From positions 608,001-672,000 of the forward strand of contig CAWIXE010000001.1 in NCBI GenBank assembly GCA_963840035.1: a stretch of 64,000 nucleotides of DNA, written 5' to 3'. Source of the DNA: a candidate division FCPU426 bacterium. GTDB lineage: Bacteria > Oederibacteriota > PGYV01 > Palsa-1178. A program made the translations under genes and the position numbers. The number at the start of each line of letters is the position of its first letter. Within the stretch, counting starts at the first letter, position 1. Below are positions 31,659 to 41,048 of the stretch, one piece after another. The notes beneath the pieces were generated by a model that was not told the origin of the DNA, ran no database searches, and saw only the letters and a list, made by a program, of their open reading frames with translations.

Positions 31659-32294
31659 ATGAAAAAAGCAATTTTGACGTTTGTAATTATTCTATTAAGC
31701 AGCAATATTGTATTTGCTGAAACAGCGGATAAAATAATGACAAAGGCGTACGAAGGTTTTGACAAAATAAAATCCTTTAGCGCTAAATTTTCATATAGCA
31801 CAAAGGAAACAGGGAAAAACAAAAATATAAAGGAAAACAAAAGCGTTAAGAGCATAACTTTTAATAAGGATGAAACAAAGAATGCAGAATCGAAAAACAA
31901 AACAACCGTAACAACAGGCCAAAACACAGCCGACGACAAGACAATTACAAAACTTTATCCCGAATGTCTGTTTAATATAAAAGAATTTTTAAGCAATTAT
32001 GAGCTGAGCATCCGGGAAAAGGATGAAAGAATCAAAATGGGGAGCGAAGAAATAATTGCCATACCAAAAGGACAAAAAACAGCTTATCCCCAAATTCGGG
32101 TACTTGTTGCGGCCGGGAAAGTAATGCAAATGAAATTTTATGATATGGCCGGTAAAAAATATTACGATGTCAAGGTTAACACCTATGAAAAACAAAACGG
32201 CATCGACATGCCGGTTGATATTGATGAATCAATAATCTCAGCAAACAACCGTATTGACAGCAAGATTGAATACGCTGAAGCAACAGTAAAATAG
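31659..32294 (+). CDS. Secreted protein, LolA-like / lipoprotein-sorting fold (tentative)
   Basis: Signal peptide; IKSFSAKF and KFYD..GK motifs. Confidence 0.5.
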   Translation: MKKAILTFVIILLSSNIVFAETADKIMTKAYEGFDKIKSFSAKFSYSTKETGKNKNIKENKSVKSITFNKDETKNAESKNKTTVTTGQNTADDKTITKLYPECLFNIKEFLSNYELSIREKDERIKMGSEEIIAIPKGQKTAYPQIRVLVAAGKVMQMKFYDMAGKKYYDVKVNTYEKQNGIDMPVDIDESIISANNRIDSKIEYAEATVK

Positions 32295-32367
32295 AGCGTT
32301 TTGACTTAAATATGCGGCTGTAAAGATTTCATTCAATCTATATTTATTGGAAAAGGACTATAACCTG

Positions 32368-33042
32368 ATGAAGAAAATCATGAAAACAAAAACTAGGCAA
32401 AAAAGGAAACTGCATAAAACTGCCGTTGAGGACAACAGGGAAGCGCGGCGGTTTTTGTTTGTTACGGGCGTGACAATGGCCGTTTTCATGGCGCTTAATT
32501 TTATATCCATACTTTGGCTTCAGGATTTGTCGAAAAAATACATTAAGAAACCCGCCGCAGCTGCGGTTGCGGCGCCTGCTCCGGCAATCAATAAAAGCTA
32601 TAAGGAAAAGTCGGATGAAATGCGCTACAGGAACCCCGAACTGGAAAAAATGAAGGATTTGAAGATTGGCGGGGAAATTGAAAAACCCATGCCTGTATTT
32701 GAAAAACTCAAATTTACCATGTCTGATGAGCCTGTTTTTGGAGGCGAAAACCCCGTATACTCCCTCTCTGTATGCTGCCCGGGCGGCCTGGCCAAGGAAT
32801 TCTACACCGCTAAAATGCCGTGGGCCTTCATAATGTACGAGTATGAGCAGGGGCTGCCGACAGTAACGGTTTTTGAAATGGACAAAGGAAAAAAGCAGGG
32901 GCGTTTTGAGATAGTTGTCCTGGACGCGAAAGCCGATATGGAAAAACTTATGGCTGTGTCAGTGGGAATATACGCGGAGCTTTTAAAGGCATATATGCCC
33001 GGGTATGAATGGAGAGGGTCGGTAAGGCAGGAGATAAACTAA
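32368..33042 (+). CDS. Hypothetical single-pass membrane protein
   Basis: Basic N-terminus, one TM, Ala/Pro linker; start uncertain. Confidence 0.55.
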   Translation: MKKIMKTKTRQKRKLHKTAVEDNREARRFLFVTGVTMAVFMALNFISILWLQDLSKKYIKKPAAAAVAAPAPAINKSYKEKSDEMRYRNPELEKMKDLKIGGEIEKPMPVFEKLKFTMSDEPVFGGENPVYSLSVCCPGGLAKEFYTAKMPWAFIMYEYEQGLPTVTVFEMDKGKKQGRFEIVVLDAKADMEKLMAVSVGIYAELLKAYMPGYEWRGSVRQEIN

Positions 33043-33103
33043 TCACAGATCCCAAATCACAAATCCCAAAGAAAGAAGCAATTTGTGATTTGGGATTTGT
33101 GAT
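33040..33103. repeat. Heptamer-periodic palindromic element (ATCCCAA/ATCACAA family)
   Basis: Homologs at 51602-51681 and inside lipA at 4495-4537. Confidence 0.85.
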
Positions 33104-33195
33104 TGTGTTTTAAAATTCCCTTGAAACTCCCCCTAAAGTGTGATAAATTACCTATACTTTAACACGGCACGATTTTTGCTTATAGGAGTTTTTAA

Positions 33196-33480
33196 ATGGC
33201 AATTACAAAAAAAGACGTAGAGTACATCGCCAACCTTTCCAGGCTGGAGATTACAGAGCCGGAAGCGGATGAGTACACAAAGCAGTTATCCGACATATTA
33301 GAACACGTCAACCGCTTAAGCAAACTAAACACAGATAACGTGGAACCCACGTTTTTTGTCATTGATATGAAGAATGTAACAAGAAAAGATGAAGTGGTAC
33401 CGTCAGTAGACAGGCAGAAAGTTTTTGACGCGGCGCCGTCGATAGAAAACGGCGGGTTTAAGGTGCCGAAGATTATTTAG
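33196..33480 (+). CDS. gatC: Asp/Glu-tRNA amidotransferase subunit C
   Basis: DVEYIANLSRL...FKVPKII. Confidence 0.95.
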   Translation: MAITKKDVEYIANLSRLEITEPEADEYTKQLSDILEHVNRLSKLNTDNVEPTFFVIDMKNVTRKDEVVPSVDRQKVFDAAPSIENGGFKVPKII

Positions 33481-33558
33481 TCACATGACCCAAGACCCAG
33501 GACCCAAGTGTGCAACTTGAGTCATGAGTCCTGGGTCTTGGGACAAACAAAGGTGTTT

Positions 33559-35019
33559 ATGGAACTGTACCAGCAAACAATAGAGCAGCTGCACAAACAG
33601 CTCATAGAGAAGAAGATAAAGCCTTCGGAAATACTTGATTCCGTGTATAAGCGTATTGACGCTGTCGAACCCAAAGTAAAGGCTTACCTGCGTTTGACAA
33701 AGGAACTTGCTTATGAACAGGCTAAAAAGGCTGAAGAGCGCATCATGTCAGGGACAAATGTCACGGAACTCACGGGCATACCGCTGGGTATTAAGGACAA
33801 CATGTGCCTGGAAGGTTATGAAACCACATGCGCATCCAAAATGCTTGAAGGATATAAACCCCCATATACGGCCACGGTGCTGCAGCGTTTAATCGACGCG
33901 GGCGCGGTGTTTACCGGAAAACTTAATATGGACGAATTCGCGTTCGGTTCCTCCACTGAAAACTCCGCTTATCATACGACCTGCAACCCATGGGATGTGA
34001 CCAGGGTTCCGGGAGGTTCTTCAGGCGGGTCAGCGGCGGCAGTCGCGGCAGACATGTGTATCGCGGCTCTTGGCTCTGACACAGGCGGGTCCATAAAACA
34101 GCCTGCGGGACTCTGTAATGTGACAGGACTGCGCCCCACGTACGGCAGGGTGTCGCGCTTCGGGCTCATAGCGTTCGGCTCATCCCTCGACCAGATAGGG
34201 CCCATGACAAAGACGGTCAAGGACAACGCAATACTTTTAAAATACATGGCAGGCATTGACAGGGCTGATTCCACTTCAGCCCCCGTTGAAGTGCCTGACT
34301 ACTACAAAAAAATAAAAACAGACGTTAAGGGATTAAAGATAGGCATACCTTCGGAATACTTCATAGACGGCATGGACGCGGAAGTAAAGGCGAAGATAAT
34401 GGACGCCATAAACATGCTGGAAAAAGAGGGCGCGAAGCTCGAGAAGATATCTCTGCCGAATACGGATTACGCGCTTGACGTGTATTATGTGGTGGCGCCT
34501 GCCGAGGCTTCATCAAACCTGGCCAGGTTTGACGGGGTGCAGTACGGGCTGCGCGACAAAACAGCGGACAACATGATAGACATGTACAAAAAATCAAGAC
34601 GCGCCGGCTTCGGCAAGGAAACAAAAAGAAGGATAATGCTCGGCACTTACGTGCTCTCGTCAGGCTACTATGACGCTTATTATAAGAAAGCGCAGAAGGT
34701 AAGGACTCTCATTAAAAATGACTTTGACAGGGCTTTTGAAAAAGTGGACGTAATACTCACCCCCACATCGCCGACCACCGCGTTTAAGATCGGCGAAAAA
34801 GCCGCTGACCCGCTGACCATGTATTTATCCGACATATTTACCATAGCGCCTAACATGGCGGGCATGCCAGGCATGTCGATACCCGCGGGATTTGACTCTA
34901 AGGGCCTGCCAATCGGAATGCAGATAATGGCGGCGCCGTTCAAAGAGCAGGCCATATTTGACGTGGCTGATTTTTACCAGTCCAAAACAGACTGGCACAC
35001 TAAAAAACCAAAAATTTAA
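33559..35019 (+). CDS. gatA: Asp/Glu-tRNA amidotransferase subunit A
   Basis: PGGSSGGS, GSDTGGSI amidase signature, RRIMLGTYVLSSGYYDAYY. Confidence 0.97.
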   Translation: MELYQQTIEQLHKQLIEKKIKPSEILDSVYKRIDAVEPKVKAYLRLTKELAYEQAKKAEERIMSGTNVTELTGIPLGIKDNMCLEGYETTCASKMLEGYKPPYTATVLQRLIDAGAVFTGKLNMDEFAFGSSTENSAYHTTCNPWDVTRVPGGSSGGSAAAVAADMCIAALGSDTGGSIKQPAGLCNVTGLRPTYGRVSRFGLIAFGSSLDQIGPMTKTVKDNAILLKYMAGIDRADSTSAPVEVPDYYKKIKTDVKGLKIGIPSEYFIDGMDAEVKAKIMDAINMLEKEGAKLEKISLPNTDYALDVYYVVAPAEASSNLARFDGVQYGLRDKTADNMIDMYKKSRRAGFGKETKRRIMLGTYVLSSGYYDAYYKKAQKVRTLIKNDFDRAFEKVDVILTPTSPTTAFKIGEKAADPLTMYLSDIFTIAPNMAGMPGMSIPAGFDSKGLPIGMQIMAAPFKEQAIFDVADFYQSKTDWHTKKPKI

Positions 35020-35038
35020 CATATTACAGGAGGCTCTC

Positions 35039-35332
35039 ATGAAATGCAGAAATTGCGAGAACAAGACAGGATTTTTAGTAATGGTTACGGATTACAAGCC
35101 GCTTGAGCTCTGGGAGTTCGCGGGCGGAACATTTACCAGGTACGACCAGAAGGATTCAGGGGACATGGAACAGACACTGCAGTGCGCCGCGTGCGGATCG
35201 GATGACATAGACACCGAGGGCATGGACACGCAGAACTATTCAGACAGGCCGCTGGTAATCCTTTCTGAAGAAGAGTGGGAAGGCAAAACAGCCGAATTCA
35301 AAAAAGAAGAGCCGGCTGAAGAGGATAAATAA
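35039..35332 (+). CDS. Small acidic zinc-ribbon protein
   Basis: CRNC...CAAC; AGGAGG RBS; packed between gatA and gatB. Confidence 0.75.
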   Translation: MKCRNCENKTGFLVMVTDYKPLELWEFAGGTFTRYDQKDSGDMEQTLQCAACGSDDIDTEGMDTQNYSDRPLVILSEEEWEGKTAEFKKEEPAEEDK

Positions 35333-35338
35333 AAAAAG

Positions 35339-36805
35339 ATGAACGTCAGGGACAAGTACGAGGTAGTCATAGGGCTCGAGGTACATGCCGAGCTCAACAC
35401 AAAGACCAAAATATTCTGCGGGTGCAAGAACGAGTTCGGCGCCCCGCCGAATACCTATATCTGCCCGAACTGCCTGGGCCTTCCAGGGAGCCTGCCTGTT
35501 TTTAACGAAGGCGTGCTTTACAGGGCGATAAAGGCGGGGCTTGCGTTAAACTGTACAATCGCTGAGAAATCAAAGTTTGACAGGAAAAATTACTACTATC
35601 CGGACCTTCCAAAGGCATATCAGATATCACAGTTTGACATGCCCATTGCGATAAACGGATCTGTGACAATAGTGGAAAAGGACGGCACCAGAAAAAAACT
35701 CGGAATCACCCGTCTGCACATGGAAGAGGACGCGGGAAAACTCCTGCACTTAACCAAGAGCGGCCAGATAGGCGACGCTGAAGCGTCGCTTGTGGATTAT
35801 AACAGGGGCGGCGTGCCGTTAATCGAGATAGTATCAGAGCCTGACATGAGGACCTCCGAGGAAGCCTACCTGTACCTTAACTCCGTAAAAGCCATATTGA
35901 AATTCATAGACGTATCCGACTGCAACATGGAAGAGGGGTCGCTGCGCTGCGACGCCAATATTTCAGTGATGGAAAAAGGCGCGAAACAGTTCGGCACAAA
36001 AGTCGAGATAAAGAACATGAACTCCTTTAAGAACGTGCAGAAGGCCATCGATTATGAAGTGGAGCGCCAGATAAAGGCGGTCGAGGCCAAGGAAACCATA
36101 ATACAGGAAACAAGGCTGTGGGATAACGACAAGGAAAAGACATTCTCCATGAGGTCCAAGGAAGGCTCGCACGACTACCGCTACTTCCCGGAACCGGACA
36201 TCCCGCCCATGGTAATAACAAAAGAATTCATAGCAAAGATAAAGGCGGAGCTCCCCGAGCTGCCGCTGCAGAAAGCCGAGAGGTTTGTGACGGAATATGG
36301 CATCCCCGCGTATGACGCCGGAGTGCTGACCTCGGAGATAATCACGGCTGATTATTTTGAAAAAGCGGCCAAACTTTCAGGAGAGCCCAAACAGTGCTCG
36401 AACTGGATAATGGTGGAAATGCCCGCGAAGATGAACGAGGCAGGCATAGATAAAATCACACAGACAAAGATACCCCCGGAGAAACTGGCCGGCATGATAA
36501 AGCTCATCAAGGACGGCACCATAAGCGGAAAGATTGCAAAGACAGTCTTTGACGAGATGTTCAAGACAGGCGACGACGCGGATAAGATAGTCAAGGAAAA
36601 AGGGCTGGTGCAGATATCGGACACAGGCGCCATAGAAAAGGCAGTTGACGCGGTACTCGCGGCAAACGCGAAGGTAGTTGAGGAGATAAAAGGCGGAAAG
36701 ACCGGAGGCATAGGATTTTTGGTAGGACAGGTAATGAAGACAACGGGCGGGAAGGCAAACCCTAAGATGGTAAATGAGATAATAGCTAAAAAAATCAGCG
36801 GATAA
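35339..36805 (+). CDS. gatB: Asp/Glu-tRNA amidotransferase subunit B
   Basis: VIGLEVH, FDRKNYYYPDLPK, GSLRCDAN, DYRYFPEPD. Confidence 0.97.
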   Translation: MNVRDKYEVVIGLEVHAELNTKTKIFCGCKNEFGAPPNTYICPNCLGLPGSLPVFNEGVLYRAIKAGLALNCTIAEKSKFDRKNYYYPDLPKAYQISQFDMPIAINGSVTIVEKDGTRKKLGITRLHMEEDAGKLLHLTKSGQIGDAEASLVDYNRGGVPLIEIVSEPDMRTSEEAYLYLNSVKAILKFIDVSDCNMEEGSLRCDANISVMEKGAKQFGTKVEIKNMNSFKNVQKAIDYEVERQIKAVEAKETIIQETRLWDNDKEKTFSMRSKEGSHDYRYFPEPDIPPMVITKEFIAKIKAELPELPLQKAERFVTEYGIPAYDAGVLTSEIITADYFEKAAKLSGEPKQCSNWIMVEMPAKMNEAGIDKITQTKIPPEKLAGMIKLIKDGTISGKIAKTVFDEMFKTGDDADKIVKEKGLVQISDTGAIEKAVDAVLAANAKVVEEIKGGKTGGIGFLVGQVMKTTGGKANPKMVNEIIAKKISG

Positions 36806-36839
36806 TTACAAATTACCAATTACTAATTACAAATATATG

Positions 36840-36862
36840 AGGCGCCGAAAGGCGCCTTTTTT
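36840..36862 (+). terminator. Intrinsic terminator after gatB
   Basis: AGGCGCC-GAAA-GGCGCCT followed by T run. Confidence 0.85.
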
Positions 36863-36869
36863 GTTTATT

Positions 36870-37295
36870 CTATTTATTTGTTTTTTTGAATAATACCAGT
36901 TCCTGCGCCGTCTTCAGGGCGCGGGTTGTTTTGATATCCACTGTCAGAGGTATGAATTTTTTTCCTAAACCCAAAAGTTCGGCATATTTTTCTTTTAGTT
37001 TTTTGTCTATAGACGAAATCAAAACACGCTTTTCATCTTTTGGGCCGAAGTAGCAGGTTGCTTTAAAGGAACCTTTCCAAACCGAAATCCAGCAGACAGT
37101 CTTATCCTTCAGCGTGGCCTTATTAAGCCAGGATCCGCCGTCTTTATAGTAACGCCATTCATTTTTAAGCCCAATCTCTTTTGAGGCGATAAAACCCAGA
37201 AAATCCGTCCATAAAATGAAGCTTTTCCCCAATGCTTTTTTTAAAACACCGTTATCAGGGTAGGTATTAATATCGTTTAATAATGGCTTTTCCAA
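36870..37295 (-). CDS. DUF3788-like protein
   Basis: EWRYYKDGGSWL.K...K.KTVCWISVW.GSF pattern; TTG start after AGGAG. Confidence 0.7.
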   Translation of the reverse strand: MEKPLLNDINTYPDNGVLKKALGKSFILWTDFLGFIASKEIGLKNEWRYYKDGGSWLNKATLKDKTVCWISVWKGSFKATCYFGPKDEKRVLISSIDKKLKEKYAELLGLGKKFIPLTVDIKTTRALKTAQELVLFKKTNK

Positions 37296-37334
37296 GGAAC
37301 ATCTCCTTGTGCACTTTTGCGCTCCCCGTTTTTC

Positions 37335-37555
37335 GTAGAGCCGCCGCTTGCTGCGGCTCAAGGTTGGTATTTCGTAGTCGCAGGCCTGCGTTTCACCGGC
37401 CTGCGCCTAGATAAGGTATAGATGGACGCAAACCAACGACAGTCCAACCTCCCTACGTACGCACCCCGATGGAACGTAGAGGGTGCGACTACCGCTGTTA
37501 AATAGTATGAACCTACAAAATGCCTCATCTGAGCCGCAGCAAGCGGCGGCTCTAC
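37335..37555. repeat. Nested REP cluster: GTAGAGCC inverted pair enclosing one BIME-type unit
   Basis: GTAGAGCCGCCGCTTGCTGCGGCTC ... GAGCCGCAGCAAGCGGCGGCTCTAC around 37374-37492, a copy of the 55-kb array unit. Confidence 0.85.
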
Positions 37556-37568
37556 AAAAGAAACATTG

Positions 37569-37913
37569 TTAAATCAAAGGTAAGGTCTCCCAGTGGCCTT
37601 TTGAATCATTAAACCTTATTATCTTATCTATATAGATACATCCATCAGCGGGCGAAAGAAAGAAAAAACCGTATTGCGATTCCGTATATGGTTTTCTTTT
37701 GTAACAAAAGTAATCCCTTCTCTGCAGTTCTATTTCCACGCCGTCCGGATAACTTTCGTTGTATGGTCTTGCGAGCCTGCAGAGGTAATTGTGGGCTTCC
37801 ATCAGAATTTTTGCGCGTTCGGATTTAGCTGTGTCTTTATCAAGGACTACAGCCATATTTTCAATCTGAAGAAGGGCGGTTTTGTTGAACTTAACGGGAT
37901 GAAGGGGGGTCAC
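37569..37913 (-). CDS. Hypothetical protein, candidate RelE/ParE-like toxin
   Basis: 114 aa; VKFNKTALLQI start and beta-rich C-terminus; 4-bp overlap with upstream gene. Confidence 0.45.
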   Translation of the reverse strand: MTPLHPVKFNKTALLQIENMAVVLDKDTAKSERAKILMEAHNYLCRLARPYNESYPDGVEIELQRRDYFCYKRKPYTESQYGFFFLSPADGCIYIDKIIRFNDSKGHWETLPLI

Positions 37914-38206
37914 TTTGGGTATTTAACCTTTTTGGTTATCTGTTTGCCGTCCTTAAAGAACATGTCCTTAAGACCATACCTTCCGGCAACGTCCGCAAAA
38001 TCAACTGCGGTTTTTGACTCTTTTTCAGCCCTTCCATACTCTGAGGCAAGCCTGGCTTCCGCGACTGATTCTGCTTCGTGTATTATGGCCTGCTCTATGA
38101 AATACTGCGCCTTAAGGCCGTATTTTTGCAGGGTGTCCTTGTACAGTTCCTTGACAGAAGGGGATATCTTTACGCTCTGGATAACAACGCCTGATTTTGT
38201 CTTCAT
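37910..38206 (-). CDS. Hypothetical protein, candidate RHH antitoxin
   Basis: 98 aa; strand SVKISP then two helices (..FIEQAI), then VDFADVAGRYGL; AGGAGG RBS. Confidence 0.55.
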   Translation of the reverse strand: MKTKSGVVIQSVKISPSVKELYKDTLQKYGLKAQYFIEQAIIHEAESVAEARLASEYGRAEKESKTAVDFADVAGRYGLKDMFFKDGKQITKKVKYPK

Positions 38207-38231
38207 ATAAACCTCCTTAAGCTCTTATACC

Positions 38232-38261
38232 AGATATAACATTTTACTACTAAAATGTCAA
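38232..38261 (-). promoter_or_regulatory. Promoter with palindromic operator for the candidate TA pair
   Basis: Minus strand TTGACA-17-TATATC; ACATTTTA-CTAC-TAAAATGT at 38239-38258. Confidence 0.6.
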
Positions 38262-38429
38262 ATAGTAATACAAAGTAATACTAAAACAACAACGTGTCAA
38301 AGGCGAGAGGGGGCAAGCCCCCTCTCTACAGTTTTGTATTAATTGGAGTTGTAGAGAGCCGGCTTGCTGGCTCTCCGGGCAGGGTATAAATAATTAACAA
38401 CGAAGTCGGTTTTGTGTTATAATATTTAC

Positions 38430-38549
38430 GTTATACAAGTGCCTGTCGCAAAAGGCGGATAGAACAGATTGATGCTTCGACGAGCTCAGCACAAGTTGTC
38501 GATTGTCAATTAGAAGCTAAACCACGACAGGCGAAAAGCCTGTTTTTTT
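38430..38549 (+). promoter_or_regulatory. Structured leader with overlapping antiterminator/terminator (or sRNA)
   Basis: TGnTATAAT at 38415-38423; GCCTGTCG(38441) pairs with CGACAGGC(38525), which overlaps terminator ACAGGC-GAAAA-GCCTGT-T6. Confidence 0.55.
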
Positions 38550-38572
38550 GTTTTATACGGGTTGTTGTATTT

Positions 38573-38630
38573 GTAGGGGCAATTCATGAATTGCCCAAAC
38601 CGGGGCGGGCGATTCGTGAATCGCCCCTAC
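38573..38630. repeat. REP doublet (GTAGGGGCAATTCATGAATTGCCC class)
   Basis: GTAG-palindrome and inverted partner ending CCCCTAC. Confidence 0.85.
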
Positions 38631-38664
38631 AAGAACGTAAAAATGCGAAACGAAAGGAACTACA

Positions 38665-40155
38665 ATGTCAAAAAAACACCAGTACGAAAAGCCGCCGCTT
38701 AACGTGGGGGATGAAGTGGAAGTTGATATTATTGACCTGGCTTATGGCGGGGACAGCGTGGGGCGGTACAGGGATTTTACCGTTTTCATACCTTACGGCG
38801 TGCCGGGGGCGAAGGTGCGGGCTAAGATAACCGAGGTAAAGAAGAACTTTGCTTCTGGAAACATTACACGCGTTGTGAGCCAGTCGCCCATATATGAAAA
38901 ACCGCCATGCCCATATTTCGGCAAGTGCGGCGGCTGCGACTGGATGAATGTCAAGTACGGCTCGCAGGTAGCGCATAAAATGCAGTTTATAAAGTTTATG
39001 CTGGAAAAAACCGGCGGCATACCCAACGCGCTCATACAGGAACCCGTTAAATATGAAAACCCGCTTCATTACCGCAACAGGGCGCAGTATAAACTTATTA
39101 TCGAAGGCGACAGGGTAAAGATGGGGTTTTATAAGGCGCGCAGCCATGATGTAATCGGAGTGGACGAATGCCTGCTCCTGCACCCGAAGATAAACGAGAT
39201 AGCCGCCGTGATAACAGAGGCTTTAAATGAGAAAAGGAAAGAGGTAACTTTATACGACGAAAGGACAAACCGCGGATACTTAAGGCACGTGGCCATCAGG
39301 GTAAACCTGCAGGGCGAGAGCCTTGTCACGTTTGTGGCCAATGACAGGGACATCAAACCTTTTGTCCAGTACGCGGCGGATAAGGTCAGGGAAAAAATTG
39401 AGGGCTTAAAAGGAATCGTCCTGAACATAAATACCGAGCCGGGCAACAACGTATTCGCGGACAAGGAAAAACTTATTTACGGCCAGACGTATGTAACCGA
39501 GCACGCGGCAGGCATGGATTTTAATTTAAGCTCAGCCGCTTTCTTCCAGGTAAACGCGACAATGCTTGAAAAGATGGCCGCGTTTGTAAAGGATAACATC
39601 AAGCCGGGCGCGAACGTGCTGGACCTCTACGGCGGCGTCGGCGCGCTCACACTTCCTTCAAGGGATAAGTTCAAGGAAATTTATGTGGTGGAGATAGACA
39701 CCAGCGCGGCAGAGCGGCTCCACGAGATGACTATTAAAAACAACATAAAAAATGTAACTGTGGTAAACGGAAGGGCGGAAGACGCAGTCGACAGGTTCTT
39801 AAGCGACGCGAGGATAACAGACGTGGTAATAGACCCGCCGAGGAAAGGCATACATCCGAAAATTTTGTCGGCGTTGCGCAGGTCCAGGATACAGAACATC
39901 ATATACATCTCATGCAACCCGGCAAGTTTTGCCAGGGACTTAAACGAACTTAAGGAAAATTATTATCTGCGCGAGACAGTGCCGTTAGACCAGTTCCCGC
40001 AGACATACCACGTGGAAATAATGAGCAAACTGGAATTAAAACACGGAGGCGACAGGGCCCGCGAGGACGACAGCAGGGGATACGGCAGAAGCAACCACAG
40101 GTCGCAGAATATGAATCACAGGCGCGGGCATAAAAGAAATGACGACAGAGGGTAA
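38665..40155 (+). CDS. rlmD: 23S rRNA m5U1939 methyltransferase (RlmD/TrmA family)
   Basis: TRAM domain, CPYFGKCGGC, FFQVN, DPPRKG, YISCNP, DQFPQTYHVE. Confidence 0.93.
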   Translation: MSKKHQYEKPPLNVGDEVEVDIIDLAYGGDSVGRYRDFTVFIPYGVPGAKVRAKITEVKKNFASGNITRVVSQSPIYEKPPCPYFGKCGGCDWMNVKYGSQVAHKMQFIKFMLEKTGGIPNALIQEPVKYENPLHYRNRAQYKLIIEGDRVKMGFYKARSHDVIGVDECLLLHPKINEIAAVITEALNEKRKEVTLYDERTNRGYLRHVAIRVNLQGESLVTFVANDRDIKPFVQYAADKVREKIEGLKGIVLNINTEPGNNVFADKEKLIYGQTYVTEHAAGMDFNLSSAAFFQVNATMLEKMAAFVKDNIKPGANVLDLYGGVGALTLPSRDKFKEIYVVEIDTSAAERLHEMTIKNNIKNVTVVNGRAEDAVDRFLSDARITDVVIDPPRKGIHPKILSALRRSRIQNIIYISCNPASFARDLNELKENYYLRETVPLDQFPQTYHVEIMSKLELKHGGDRAREDDSRGYGRSNHRSQNMNHRRGHKRNDDRG

Positions 40156-40926
40156 ATGAAGATAATTGAATTTAACAACATCACAGTCATCAGAGGCGCG
40201 GAGCGCATATTAGACAGCGTTAATTTGGATATTTCATCAGGGGATAACACCGTAATTCTCGGACCCAACGGGTCCGGCAAGTCCACCCTGATAAAACTCA
40301 TGACACGCGAGATATATCCTTATAATATGGAGCCGAATGTCTTTAAGATATTCGGGGAGAATGTGTGGGATATCAATACCCTGCGCGGGTCTCTCGGGAT
40401 AGTCTCTGATTCCATGATGCTTTTCGCGAACCCTGATGAGACCTGCTTTGAGATAGTGGCCTCAAGTTTTTACAACGCTATGAACCTCTATAATATGGAG
40501 GCGGATAAAAATGCCGGGAAAAAGGCCATGGAGCACCTTGAGTTCATGGACATAGCGCACTTAAAGGACAGGCTGATATCGGACGTGTCCACCGGAGAGG
40601 CAAGGCGCGTCTTTATAGCCAGGGCGCTCGCGCACAACACTAAGGCGCTGATGCTTGACGAGCCGACCAATTCACTCGACATAAGCGCGGTGCGCAAGTT
40701 CAGGGAGACCATGTCAAAGATAGCGAAGAAAGGCGTGACAATCATAATAGCCACGCATACGCTGCAGGACATTATACCTGATATACAAAACGTGATGATG
40801 CTGAAAAAGGGGAAGGTTTTTAAGGCCGGGAAGAAGAAGGACGTTTTAACAGACAGGAATTTAACTGATTTATTTGAGACGAAAGTTAAATTATCAGAAA
40901 ACAAAGGGCATTATAGTATTGTTTGA
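40156..40926 (+). CDS. ABC ATP-binding protein (ModF-like)
   Basis: GPNGSGKST, STGEARR, LDEPT. Confidence 0.88.
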   Translation: MKIIEFNNITVIRGAERILDSVNLDISSGDNTVILGPNGSGKSTLIKLMTREIYPYNMEPNVFKIFGENVWDINTLRGSLGIVSDSMMLFANPDETCFEIVASSFYNAMNLYNMEADKNAGKKAMEHLEFMDIAHLKDRLISDVSTGEARRVFIARALAHNTKALMLDEPTNSLDISAVRKFRETMSKIAKKGVTIIIATHTLQDIIPDIQNVMMLKKGKVFKAGKKKDVLTDRNLTDLFETKVKLSENKGHYSIV

Positions 40927-40948
40927 AAAAGTATTTTGATTTCTCCCT

Positions 40949-41023
40949 GTAGGGGCCGCCCTATGTGGCGGCCCGCAAGGCAGGATTTGTTTGTGTCGGG
41001 CGACCACATGGGGTCGCCCCTAC
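40949..41023. repeat. REP doublet (GTAGGGGCCGCC class)
   Basis: GTAGGGGCCGCCCTATGTGGCGGCCC ... GGGCGACCACATGGGGTCGCCCCTAC; single copy at 52711. Confidence 0.85.
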
Positions 41024-41048
41024 AGGAGAAAATAAAAAAAGAGGACAA

